64,000 nt of DNA from Macrostomum lignano (lineage: Eukaryota), in contig NIVC01001068.1 of assembly GCA_002269645.1 (NCBI GenBank), forward strand, positions 124,001 through 188,000, in the 5' to 3' direction. Made by a program: the position numbers and the translations under genes. The notes below the pieces were generated by a model. It worked only from the letters and a program-made list of their open reading frames with translations. It was not told the origin of the DNA and searched no databases. Position 1 is the first letter of the stretch. Each line of letters opens with the position of its first letter. This document shows, piece after piece, positions 18,913-31,212 of this stretch.

Positions 18913-21900
18913 TCAAGGTCGCGGGCTCTGATTGGCCAGATCGCGCAGCGTTGACTTCGGCTTCTCAACCGGCTTGAACAGCTCCTTGCTGCTCAGCTGC
19001 TGGCGGCCTGGATCGTTTGAGTTCAGCGCAGAGTCGGGCGTCAGACCGACAACGAGATCGCTGAATGCGTCCGGCTTGATCACCGGGTTTGGCTTCGCGG
19101 CGGTAGCGGCGGGATTCAGCGACACCGGCGTCAACAGGTCGGGGCCTCCGCCGCTCGGGACGGAGTTCTGCCTGTCGAATAAGCTGGCGCCGCCGCCTCC
19201 AGCAGCGAAGGGATTCGTGCTGCCCGATGGTGCACCAGTAGGGAGCTGCTGCTGATAGGGATTGTACTGCTGTTGCTGCGGAAACTGCGCTGGTGGAAAC
19301 TGCTGCTGTTGCTGCGGAAACTGCACTGGTGGAAACTGCTGCTGTTGCTGCGGAAACTGCACTGGTGGAAACTGCTGCTGTTGCTGCGGAAACTGCTGGT
19401 ATTGCGGGTTCTGACCAAAGCCGTAGGACATGACACCGGGTCCACCTGACATTGGCATCATAGCTGGTTGAGGCTGCTGCTGGCTGAACGGATTGCTGGC
19501 ACTAGCAACTGGCTGTCCAAATGGATTGAATGAATTGCTGTTGTTGGCACCGAAAGCGCTACTAGTGCTGTTGAAGGCGCTACTAGTGCTGTTGAAAGCG
19601 CTACTAGTGCTGTTGAAGGCGCTACTAGTGCTGGTAAAAGCGCCACTAGGGCTGTTGAAGGCGCTACTAGCAGGTTGCTGGCTAACGGTAACCGACGAAC
19701 TGAAAATATCGCCAAGGTCGTCGAGTGAAGCGGCAGACTCGTTCTTTGGCATAGCGCTGGCCGGAATGTCTGGCCCAAGCAGATTCGAGGTGGCCCTGTC
19801 TCGAGCGTCCTGCTGCTGAGCAGACGACTGCTCCGCCGGTTTCGACTCTGTCCCGGTTGGCTCCGCGGATTCGGCAGTGGCAGCCGAAGTGGAGGCTGCT
19901 TGTTCCTCCTTCTGTTGGGCTGAGCGCTCCTTGACGATTCGGAACAGTTCCTGCATCTCCTGCAGGAACGGCATGGCCTGAAATGGAGGAATGTTAAATT
20001 GGACGCAAAAAGAGACTACCGATATGCTTTTTAGGGACAAAGTCACGAATCGAGGAAAAATATAAGATACTCGAAGGATCATGGGGTATTCGGCCTTTTC
20101 TGAACCTCAGGGTGACCATCGAAGGATTAGGGGATATCCAACGAAAGATCAGGGGTATTCATCAAAGGATCAAGGGGTATTTATCAAAGGATCAAGGGGT
20201 ATTCATCGAAGGATCAGGGGGTATCCATTGAAGGATCGGGGGGTATCCAGGGCGGTGGTATATATGAAATCGGTGAGGGGTATCAGAGCTATACGAGCGT
20301 ACATAAAAACACGAAAGCTGAACGAGCTTATAAATAATGAGGGCCAACCCCTCCAGAGGCACAGAGAGTGTACATGCCTGACGGTTAAAAAGTCAAGGGC
20401 CCTGTACACCCTGTGTGAGCGTGTGTGTGTATATGCTCAGGACTACTTCACCCCTCGCTGTCCTACATGCTGCCCAAAATTATAAAGATATAAAAAGCAT
20501 AAAACTAAAATTGTGCAGCCACTCATCATACCGGTTTAATAGTCCGAATTCCGTGAAATCGATGCACGGTCTTGGTGGAGTCATCGGGATCTGGCTCGGT
20601 CCGCACAATGCCCAGGCTGCGCTGGTCCCGAGGGTCTTTCCACACATAGGACACCTGACTGTGCTTGAAGGTCAAGTCTAGCAGGTTAATACCTGGCGGC
20701 ATCTCTTTCAGTCTGGTGCCTTCAAAGCTTAAATTGATGATTAGACGCGGTTTGGGATCCTTTCTGGACTTCAGGGTGACCAGTAGTTTCTGCATCGCTT
20801 CCTGACAGATCTCCTGACCTTTGCTCTTGGCCACCTCCACGCTGCCCATGTACTTGGCGTGGAACTCCTGGCCTTCGCCTTCGAATCTGGACTCTGAAAT
20901 ATGTTGTCAGGGTAACCAACTAAGAGACATCTCAGGGAGGGTATCCTGCAACCAACTAAGAGACAGCTCAGGGAGGATATCCTGCAACCAACTAAGAGAC
21001 ATCAGGGAGGATATCCTGTAACCAACTAAGAGACATCTCAGGGAGGGTATCCTGCAACCAACTAAGAGACAGCTCAGGGAGGATATCCTGCAACCAACTA
21101 AGAGACAGCTCAGGGAGGATATCCTGCAACCAACTAAGAGACAGCTCAGGGAGGATATCCTGTAACCAACTAAGAGACATCTCAGGGAGGATATCCTGCA
21201 ACCAACTAAGAGACAGCTCAGGGAGGATATCCTGCAACCAACTAAGAGACAGCTCAGGGAGGATATCCTGCAACCAACTAAGAGACATCAGGGAGGATAT
21301 CCTGTAACCAACTAAGAGACATCTCAGGGAGGATATCCTGCAACCAACTAAGAAACATCTCAGGGAGGGTATCCTGCAACCAACTAAGAGACATCTCAGG
21401 GAGGGTATCCTGCAACCAACTAAGAGACAGCTCAGGGAGGATATCCTGTAACCAACTAAGAGACAGCTCAGGGAGGATATCCTGCAACCAACTAAGAGAC
21501 AGCTCAGGGAGGGTATCCTGCAACCAACTAAGAGACAGCTCAGGGAGGGTATCCTGCAACCAACTAAGAGACAGCTCAGGGAGGATATCCTGTAACCAAC
21601 TAAGAGACATCTCAGGGAGGGTATCCTGCAACCAACTAAGAGACATCTCAGGGAGGATATCCTGCAACCAACTAAGAGACAGCTCAGGGAGGATATCCTG
21701 CAACCAACTAAGAGACAGCTCAGGGAGGATATCCTGCAACCAACTAAGAGAAAGCTCAGGGAGGGTATCCTGCAACCAACTAAGAGACAGCTCAGGGAGG
21801 ATATCCTGCAACCAACTAAGAGACAGCTCAGGGAGGATATCCTGCAACCAACTAAGAGACAGCTCAGGGAGGATATCCTGCAACCAACTAAGAGACAGCT

Positions 21901-22333
21901 CAGGGAGGATATCCTGCAACCAACTAAGAGACAGCTCAGGGAGGATATCCTGCAACCAACTAAGAGACAGCTCAGGGAGGATATCCTGTAACCAACTAAG
22001 AGACATCTCAGGGAGGATATCCTGCAACCAACTAAGAGACAGCTCAGGGAGGATATCCTGTAACCAACTAAGAGACATCTCAGGGAGGATATCCTGCAAC
22101 CAACTAAGAGACAGCTCAGGGAGGATATCCTGCAACCAACTAAGAGACAGCTCAGGGAGGATATCCTGCAACCAACTAAGAGACAGCTCAGGGAGGATAT
22201 CCTGCAACTAACTAAGAGACATCAGGGAGTATTGCATACTTGCATCTGATTTCAATCGGGTTTATTCTAGAGATGGATAAAATAGCACGAGTCACAGAAC
22301 AGGTGTTCACCTACCCGACTCCGACGCGGACAT
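18913..22333 (-). CDS. Dab: Disabled (Dab)-like PTB-domain endocytic adaptor, 3 coding exons, ~481 aa
   Basis: Exons 22333-22315, 20893-20532, 19977-18913 with consistent phases. SRFEGEGQEFHAKYMGSVEV...GQEICQEAMQKL...HRFHGIRT...LQEMQELFRIVKER matches the recalled Dab1/2 PTB (RFKGEGVRYKAKL...CQDSMMKL...DLRDLFQLIYELK). The tail has three NPF motifs. Confidence 0.82.
20912..22225. repeat. 36-bp minisatellite (caaccaactaagagacagctcagggaggatatcctg), Dab intron
   Basis: Direct reading, ~36 units; source of the LSLSWLQDILPE ORFs. Confidence 0.95.
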
Positions 22334-23276
22334 CCCGTCAGTTGAATCTGCGAAAGTTCTCCAACAAAAGTATATCGAGTTGGCTGTCAGAAAAGCGCCC
22401 AAAAACCTACTCAACTGTCACTTTCTCGCTATTTAACGTATTATCTGGCTTTCTAGGCCTCTCTGTGCCAGTCTGAGTGTCTCAAAAAACTTTATTGTAC
22501 AGAAAGGGCTGAAAGAGAAATTTCTTCTTTCACCAAAGGGAAGAAAAATGCTACCTTCTTAGATATCTGTGAACTGCCTAAGCAAAATGAAGTTGCAGAG
22601 AAAGAAAGCTAATAGAGCTTGGCACGACTTCAATTGCAATTTTAGCATTCAGTTTATAAATTTCACTTAACTAGCAGGCCTTTCTAAAATGTCACACCCG
22701 CCAACTCTTACAGATTACGCGCTTTTCTAGCCTACCTTATTACTGTTAACTAAATTATAGCCTTTACAACCTTTTCACGTGTGCAGTGCAATCCAAGCCA
22801 TGAGATAAACTGGGTGAGGGTTTGGTGGGGGTTGGTGGGTGTTGATCAAGGGAGAGAGAGGCGATTGGCAATGGCAACGCCTGACCCCTGTACCGAGATA
22901 ACAGCTACAGTATAAAATTAATGCAAATTCACTCTTTAAACTGATAAATAGCTTTGACTTTGTGAGGCGCGTGTTCAACAGGTTAATGGAATGCTAATTA
23001 GGCTGGCCTAGGCTATTATAGGTAAAAAGGTTTTGTTACAAAATAATTTTCACTTACCTTTGAACTGGCGAAGTCACTGCGCGATTAACTCTACCTACTA
23101 GTAGTACGCGATATTTATCTGAAAATTGTCCAAATTACAATAGACTTCAACTTGAAGCGAAAATGCTGCAACTTATGTGGCAAAAAAACGCGCTAAAATA
23201 TCGTGTTTAGAAGGGCGCTCCAAATGGCAAAATACGCTTAAAATATGAAACAATACGTTCAAGTCTGTTTTAAGAG

Positions 23277-23790
23277 GCTCTCTTGGGGCCTGTCTCTCAT
23301 TGTCTGTCTCAGCCTCTGTCTATTGAGGCCTGTTTCTTGGGGCCTGTCTCTCATTGTCTGTCTCAGTCTCTGTCTATTGAGGCCTGTTTCTTGGGGCCTG
23401 TCTCTCATTGTCTGTCTCAGCCTCTGTCTATTGAGGCCTGTTTCTTGGAACCTGTCTCTTGGGGTCTGTCTCTTGGGGTCATTCTCTTGGGGTCTGTCTC
23501 TTGGGGTATGTCTCTTGGGGTATGTCTCTTGGGGTCTGTCTCTTGGGGTATGTCTCTTGGGGTATGTCTCTTGGGGTCTGTCTCTTGGGGTATGTCTCTT
23601 GGGGTATGTCTCTTGGGGTATGTCTCTTGGGGTATGTCTCTTGGGGTATGTCTCTTGGGGTATGTCTCTTGGGGTATGTCTCTTGGAGTCTGTCTCTTGG
23701 GATCTGTATTTTATTGTCTGTCTCTTGGCGTCTCTTGGGCGCCCGTCTCTTATTGTCTGTCTTTTGGGGCCTGTCTCTTTTTAGAATCTG
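23277..23790. repeat. Degenerate 14-bp repeat (ggggtatgtctctt) preceded by larger related units
   Basis: Direct reading. Confidence 0.85.
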
Positions 23791-24130
23791 TCTCCTTGCG
23801 TCTGTCGTTTACAGTGTGACTCTGCTGCTTGAATATTTTCTCTACGAGTCTGCCTATCAGGGTCTGTATTTTTTAAAGTGCCTGTCGAGTATTTATAACA
23901 AATTATACACAGTAATAGTACAAATAGATAGGCGAAAGGGATAGATTCCGAGCTCATTTAAAAACTGCACGTGACAAACCGTCTGCAGGTGAAAACCCGA
24001 TACTGTTGACTGCCGGGGACTCCTATTTCGCAACTCCTATTTACCACATTTCCGAGGCTTGTGAAAATACAAGAAACGAATGGGATGTGTGTGGCTACAG
24101 TTACGGCTTTATGGGAACGAGTGTAGGAAG

Positions 24131-25065
24131 GGTGTGGGAATGGGTGTGGGAATGGGTGTGGGAATGGGTGTGGGAATGAGTGTGGGAATGGGTGTGGGAA
24201 TGGGTGTGGCAATGAGTGTGGGAATGTGTGTGGGAACGGGTGTGGGAATGGGTGTTGGAATGGGTGTGGGAATGGGTGTGGGAATGTGTGTGGGAATGGG
24301 TGTTGGAATGGGTGTGGGAATTGGTGTGGGAATGGGTGTTGGAATGAGTGTGGGAATGTGTGTGGGAACGGGTGTGGGAATGGGTGTTGGAATGGGTGTG
24401 GGAATGTGTGTGGGAACGGGTGTGGGAATGGGTGTTGGAATGTGTGTGGGAACGGGTGTGGGAATGGGTGTTGGAATGGGTGTGGGAATGTGTGTGGGAA
24501 CGGGTGTGGGAATGGGTGTGGGAATGTGTGTGGGAACGGGTGTGGGAATGGGTGTTGGAATGTGTGTGGGAACGGGTGTGGGAATGGGTGTTGGAATGGG
24601 TGTGGGAATGGGTGTGGGAATGGGTGTGGGAATGGGTGTGGGAATGGGTGTGGGAATGGGTGTGGGAATGGGTGTGGGAATGGGTGTGGGAATGGGTGTG
24701 GGAATGGGTGTGGGAATGGGTGTGGGAATGGGTGTGGGAATGGGTGTGGGAATGGGTGTGGGAATGGGTGTGGGAATGGGTGTGGGAATGGGTGTGGGAA
24801 TGGGTGTGGGAATGGGTGTGGGAATGGGTGTGGGAATGGGTGTGGGAATGGGTGTGGGAATGGGTGTGGGAATGGGTGTGGGAATGGGTGTGGGAATGGG
24901 TGTGGGAATGGGTGTGGGAATGGGTGTGGGAATGGGTGTGGGAATGGGTGTGGGAATGGGTGTGGGAATGGGTGTGGGAATGGGTGTGGGAATGGGTGTG
25001 GGAATGGGTGTGGGAATGGGTGTGGGAATGGGTGTGGGAATGGGTGTGGGAATGGGTGTGGGAAT
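24131..25065. repeat. 12-bp G-rich minisatellite (gggtgtgggaat), ~78 units
   Basis: Direct reading; two GGG tracts per unit. Confidence 0.96.
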
Positions 25066-25505
25066 ATGGGTGAGGTAAGAGGCGTACGGTATGGAGAGTG
25101 GGATTAGCTGTGGGAATGGGTGGTGTTGGAAATTGTTTTAGCGGTCAGTTCGAGAATGCAAATGGCTCATATTTAGCAGAATACCCAAGCGCTAGCTGCT
25201 ATATGATAATTAGATTTGCTATTATGAGCAATATTTTCTTGTGGAAATCAGAAACAAGAACTCAAGCAATAAATGACACTGAGGCCTCTCTAGAGAGCAA
25301 ATAAATACTCCAAACTTGGACTAGCAGAACTGTTACAGAGGCCTACAGAGAGGAGCGACTCTCTCAGACACAGCTTAGCAAGGAAAAGCAGGCCTTTAGC
25401 CGCGTAGATAAGATGAGATACGGACCAATGCCTGTAGAAATATCAGCACTAGCCAAAGAAGACTTGAACAGATTTTTTTGCAGAAGAAAAACTTCGTGAC
25501 ACACA

Positions 25506-28500
25506 ATGAACTCGAATGGTTGTTTAGTATTGTGCTCGGTTATTTTACATGCAGCATCTCTGTTGGCGGCTGGAGCTGCAGCCGGGGTCACCAGCATCCC
25601 CGACAGCGGCGTCACTGGTGCGTTCGCTCTGGAATCGATGCACGACAACTTCACTTGTGTCCACGGCTGCAGCTGCCAGCTGGTGGACTACACCAGGAGC
25701 CGCTACGCTGTCCTGTGCCAAGGACCTTCCATTAGGGCCATACCGGCCTTTCTAACCGAGGATCTGCATCAGATTGAGAGCATGACTCTGCTGAGGACTA
25801 GCATCACGAAAATTGGTGAGAACAGTGAATAATGAGGCTGATTTGTTTTACTGCGACTCCTGTATGTTAATTATTCATTCATGCTGATAATGGTCTGGGT
25901 AATTCAAATAAACATCAATCATATTACCAAACTAGTTACAGTCTGGTGGCAAGAGTTGGAATATTGCTGTGATTGATGACCAGAAAAGTACTGTGACTGT
26001 GACTCATTACCAAATCGTTCATTTTTTACACTCATATTTTTGTCTGGAACGAAAGTTCGAACATGACTTGTACAAAACGGTGCGTTTGCGTCCACATGCA
26101 CACTCGTGTAACTGCATTCACACACTCCAACACTGCATTCACACTCCAACACTGCATTCACACTCCAACACTGCATTCACACACTCCAACACTGCATTCA
26201 CACACTCCAACACTGCATTCACACACTCCAACACTGCATTCACACACTCCAACACTGCATTCACACACTCCAACACTGCATTCACACACGCCGCAGATTC
26301 GCTCAGAATGTTCAGCAACCTGATGTACCTCAACTTGAACCAGTCGCTGGTCCAAGCGCTGGACTCAGGCCTGGTAACAACATTCCCGGCAGTCGAGAGT
26401 CTCCACATCGCCGGCAGTCGCCTAGCTCAACTGTCCGACTTCAACTTGATGCAGCATCCAGCTTTGAGAGACGTCGACTTTAGCGCCAACCAGCTGGACA
26501 GTTTTGTCAGCAAAGGATCCATGTCGTTAAGGACGCTTAAATTGAGCGGCAATCTGTTTACTCGGCTGGACAGTGTGGGAGCCAGCTATGTGGCTCTGAG
26601 GCTGCTCAATGTCGCACAGAATCGACTGACGCTGAATGGCCTCATCGATTGGGACCCGCCGCCTGAGCTGGAGGTGAGTAGCTGTCTGAGATTGGAGTTG
26701 CAGTGGGTTGGGGGTCTTGGGCGGTGGATTAAGAAGCGTGTGTTTTTGGGTCGTGGGTTGAGGCCTGTGAATTGGGGTGGTGGGTTCAGGCTCGTGTTTT
26801 GGGGTGGTTGGTTGAGGCCTGTTATTTTGGGTGGTGGGTTGAGGCCTGTGTTCTTGGGTGGTGGGTTGAGGCATGTGTTTTTGGGTGGTGGGTTGAGGCC
26901 TGTGTTTTTGGGTGGTGGGTTGAGGCCTGTGTTTTGTGGTGGTGGGTTGAGGCTTGTGTTTTGGGGTGGTGGGTTGAGGCTTGTGTTTTGGGGTGGTGGG
27001 TTGAGGCCTGTGTTTTGGGGTGGTGGGTTGAGGCCTGTGTTCTTGGGTAGTGGGTTGAGGCGCGTGTTTTGGGGTGGTGGGTTGAGGCCTGTGTTTTGGG
27101 GTGGTTGGGTTGAGGCCTGTGTTTTGGGGTGGTTGGGTTGAGGCCTGTGTTCTTGGGTGGTGGGTTGAGGCGCGTGTTTTTGGGTGGTTGGTTGAGGCCT
27201 GTGTTTTGGGGTGTTGGGTTGAGGCCTGTGTTTTGGGTGGTGGGTTGAGGCCTGTGTTCTTGGGTGGTGGGTTGAGGCCTGTGAATTGGGGTGGTGGGTT
27301 GAGGCCTGTGTTTTGTGGTGGTGGGTGTAGGCATGTGTTTTGTGGTGGTGGGTTGAGGCCTGTGTTCTTGGGTGGTGGGTTGAGGCATGTATTTTGGGGT
27401 GGTGGGTTGTTTTGGGGTCGGTTCGTTAATATATTCTAATTTATTGTGCGCAAACCAGCCCACTGGAATTTCGCAAATGCTTACTTAGTACTCAGGCCTT
27501 TTGTTGTTTATGTTTATGTTTATTGCTTATGTTTATGCTTGTTTTATACGAGTACTCTTGTAAAGAACAAATGCACTCCTATGTTAGCTTCGAGGGGTTG
27601 ATTAGTGTTTTGGATTAATGGATTAAAATAAATATTCTCAGTTGAAGAGATTAGAGTTTAGGTCGTTGTTTCTCAGGTTAAAAGATTAAGGTATTGATTT
27701 TTACGTTGTAGGGAGATCAGCTCCACTAGGGAATTAAATTCTTGACGTATTTCGCTTTCTAGATGGACACGAATTTGACCCAGTTAATCTCATTTTACAA
27801 CCAACAGGTGCTCGACCTTAGCGGCAATCTGCTGGGCGTCGAGTCCGGGACCTTGCGGCGCAGCTCCAACGCCAGTTTCCTGGGCCGATTGCGCCAACTG
27901 CAACAATTGGATCTGAGCGACAACCGGCTGATTTCGCTCAAGGCCATCACCGATTGGCTGCCAGCGGACGCCCGGCTGTGGAAATTATCGTTGTCTAAGA
28001 ACCCGTTTGTGTGCAGCTGCTCGCTGTACAGAGACAAGCAACGGCTGGCATGGTGGGGAACTGATCCATTATTTATCAATTGCGCTTTTAGTAGGCTAAT
28101 TTTCTGAAATCAATCACACACGTAACTATACCGACAAACCATTTTTAGTATATTGGACAAGGGGATGTAGCTTAGTGGTTAGAGCGTCAGACTCACGACT
28201 GAAAGGTCGGGGGTTCGATTCCAGACCCGCATGGTAACAATTTGTTTCCTTTAGCCAGACACTTGAATCTGCATTGCTTCAGTTCACCCAGCTGTAAAAT
28301 GAGTGCCAGCATTAGCTGGGGTAATTGAGAGTGTGTGTGGCGACCCCCTCCCAGTCCTTGTACTGAACAGCCGTACGCAGGCCTCAGATACGCCGCGCAA
28401 TAGCCGCGGCTGAGCTGTAGGGGGCACATCTGTCCATTAGGGCCAGATGAAATCAATTATTATTATTTATTCAAATTTGTGCTGAAAACGAATTGCCTCA

Positions 28501-29396
28501 GCGCTGGCTGGTGGTGGGCCGATCTCGTCAAATACACCACTCGGCTGTCTCGATCCCGCAGGCAAGGCGTGGTCATCGCCGACACGCCAACCTGCCGTTT
28601 GAGCAACGGCAGCGACTGCCCACTGACGAGGCTGGGCAGCTGGGCTTGCGACGGCGACAACGGCGGCGGATCGTCGGTTACGAAAACCGGACCGACCCTG
28701 GCGCCGCGGGAGGATCTGGCATCGGCCTCTCTGTTGCTCCGCCTGCCAGCCGTGCTCGGGTTGACCGCGGCAGCCGCCGCCGCACTCGCCATCCTGGCCG
28801 TTGGCGGCGGAGTCTGGGCCTGCCGACGTCGGCGTCATCAGCAACGCCGACAGAAGCAGCGGCAGCAGCAAGAGCTGGACTCCGAGTGTCCCTACAACAC
28901 CGTGTCGGTGAAGTCAACCAACCTGACAGGCAGCCAGCTGTCTGTGGCCACCTACCGGTCCGGGCTGCCGTATGCATTCGATCCGCAGCGATCGAGGGTG
29001 TTTTCCAAGAAACTGCATCCGCCTGCAGAGCCGGGGGTGCAACAGCAGCAGCAGCAACAGCAGCAGCTGCAGCTGCAGCAACAACTGCAACAACTTGGAT
29101 CGCGCTGTCAATCGGAGCAAATCATGGGCAGAGGATCAACTCCGTTGCCGCCGATCCCAGACTCAATGACGGGTCAGCAACAGCCGAGACCGGAGGCCTA
29201 CAGCTACATCGATATGGGCGGCAACAGCGTCAGCAACTCGTCAGCTTCCATAGACGCCAGCAATACAATGAATTACATGTACGACGAGGTGCAGCAGCGG
29301 CCAACAACAGCGCGAGGAGGTGACGTCAGGGACGGCGCAGTGCCAATCGAGGGATACGTGGACATGTGTTCGAATCACAGTGCAAACGTGGCTTAA
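25506..29396 (+). CDS. Leucine-rich-repeat single-pass transmembrane receptor without TIR domain, 4 exons, ~608 aa
   Basis: Exons 25506-25815, 26297-26673, 27808-28052, 28502-29396 with consistent phases. Signal peptide; LRRNT C-x3-C-x-C...C; LxxLxLxxN repeats (LRTLKLSGN, LRLLNVAQN, LEVLDLSGN, LQQLDLSDN); LRRCT NPFVCSC...PTC; TM LPAVLGLTAAAAAALAILAVGGGVWAC followed by RRRR. The exon 3-4 junction is the least certain. Confidence 0.82.
26112..26288. repeat. 21-bp minisatellite (cactgcattcacacactccaa), LRR intron 1
   Basis: Direct reading; abuts the 3' splice site. Confidence 0.9.
26745..27420. repeat. G/T-rich ~27-bp minisatellite (gggttgaggcctgtgttttggggtggt), LRR intron 2
   Basis: Direct reading. 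Confidence 0.9.
28161..28468 (+). mobile_element. tRNA-derived SINE with CORE/Meta-like central domain (family B), LRR intron 3
   Basis: Head ggggatgtagcttagtggttagagc...ggttcgattcc (A and B boxes). Central cagttcacccagctgtaaaatg resembles conserved SINE core domains (recalled). (ATT)n tail. The acceptor stem does not close, so it is not a tRNA gene. Confidence 0.75.
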
Positions 29397-29494
29397 AAGT
29401 CAGGATGATCTGAGAGATTTCAAGCCAAATATGAAGATTCGGAAGACAATTAGGTCTAATACTCGTCGTAAGGGGCTTGGGAGAATTTCTTTCC

Positions 29495-30000
29495 AGAGTT
29501 TGAGGATCTGGGAGAATTACAAACCGAATTTGAGGATCTGGAAGAATTATGCATCCAGTTTGAGGATCTGGGAGAATTATGAATCCAGTTTGAGGATCTG
29601 GGAGAATTATGAATCCAGTTTGAGGATCTGGGAGAATTATGAATCCAGTTTGAGGATCTGGGAGAATTACAAACCGAATTTAAGGATCCGGGAGAATTTT
29701 GAATCCAGTTTGAGGATCTGGGATAATTAAAACTGAGTTTAAGGATCTGGGATAATTAAGAACCGAGTTTAAGGATCTGGGAGAATTATTAATCCAGTTT
29801 GAGGATCTGGAAGAATTAAAGCCCGAGTTTGAGGATCCGGGAGAATTTTGAATCCAGTTTGAGGATCTGGGATAATTAAAACTGAGTTAAGGATCTGGGA
29901 TAATTAAGAACCGAGTTTAAGGATCTGGGAGAATAACATGTAAGAACAAAGTTTGAGCATTTGGGAGAATTACAAACCGAGTTTGAAGATCTGGGAGATT
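29495..30000. repeat. 30-bp minisatellite (ttgaggatctgggagaattatgaatccagt)
   Basis: Direct reading; 3' of the LRR gene stop. Confidence 0.9.
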
Positions 30001-30792
30001 TCAAAGGTCTAACAATCTAAATTATTACTCACACACCACATTCCATACATGCCTTAAGTACCTGCTTAAATTGAAATAAAATATCAAAATATTTGACAGA
30101 TAACTAATCTGCTGCATAAAAAATTAATGCACCCGCTGTAACAGTACGGGCGTAACCTATAATATGTTAGATATATCTGTAAATAGTTACCCAAAGAAGT
30201 TGAACTTTTAAATAAATTTGAAAATACAAACAATTTGTCAACTGAAGTCCAATTCAGCTACAATATTACAGACTTAAAGAAACTTCCAATTACTCGAAGA
30301 TGTTGAATTTATTTGGAACTCAATCAATTTTTTTGCCGCAATATGCTACCACACAAAATCCATAACTGTGAAAATTCGCTCATAAATTTTAGAGACGCAT
30401 GAAAAAAATAAGTCACGCTTGCACGCGATACTACTTGACGCAGTGGAATAGAGAGTAAGCATCAACTCGAATTTCAGACATTAAAAAGAAAAATCCAATC
30501 ACCAAAAAGTGCAAATTAAAGCAAAAATATAACGCATGCAAAAATTAAATCATGCGGGAAAAACGCGCGCATTACTACTAACCAAGGCCTTACAGTAGCG
30601 AGTAGGTAAAGTTGCGAAACAGCATATGATAACGCCTTACGAGCATGAAAATGCGCAATAAATTAATTGAAGCTATTATTATGCGCAGGTAGGCCCGAAA
30701 TCAGAAGAATTAGAAAAAGCAATCAAAAGTAGTGACGCAACAATAATTTATTGAAATCAAATATAAAGCCGCCCATACAGTGATTTAAACAT

Positions 30793-31170
30793 CCGATATG
30801 TATCGAAAAGCACACAAACTGATAAATTCACAATCACCCGATATGTATCGAAAAGCACACAAACTGATAAATTCACACTCACCCGATATGTATCGAAAAG
30901 CACACAAACTGATAAATTCACACTCACCCGATATGTATCGAAAAGCACACAAACTGATAAATTCACAATCACCCGATATGTATCGAAAAGCACACAAACT
31001 GATAAATTCACACTCACCCGATATGTATCGAAAAGCACACAAACTGATAAATTCACACTCACCCGATATGTATCGAAAAGCACACAAACTGATAAATTCA
31101 CACTCACCCGATATGTATCGAAAAATAGGAAAACACAAAAGGAGTCCCATATCCCGATATGTATCGAAAA
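30793..31170. repeat. 45-bp minisatellite (ccgatatgtatcgaaaagcacacaaactgataaattcacactcac) x~8
   Basis: Direct reading; immediately 3' of the TARBP1 stop. Confidence 0.93.
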
Positions 31171-31212
31171 ACACAAAACTTGACAGCAAAAAAATCAATC
31201 CGACCAGCAGCG

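Noticed and set aside
20677-20692. Possible 15-nt GT-AG micro-intron in the Dab PTB exon
   Set aside because: Far below normal spliceosomal intron size, and the frame is open through it.
20992-22207. LSLSWLQDILPE ORFs resembling LRRs
   Set aside because: Translation of an intronic 36-bp minisatellite.
24080-25107. Long Cys/Gly-rich and Trp-rich ORFs (CGNG, MGVG, WVWE)
   Set aside because: All three frames are open only because the 12-bp unit has no stop codon; no splice or codon evidence.
28161-28235. tRNA gene
   Set aside because: A and B boxes are present but the acceptor stem does not pair, and the sequence continues into a SINE body and tail.
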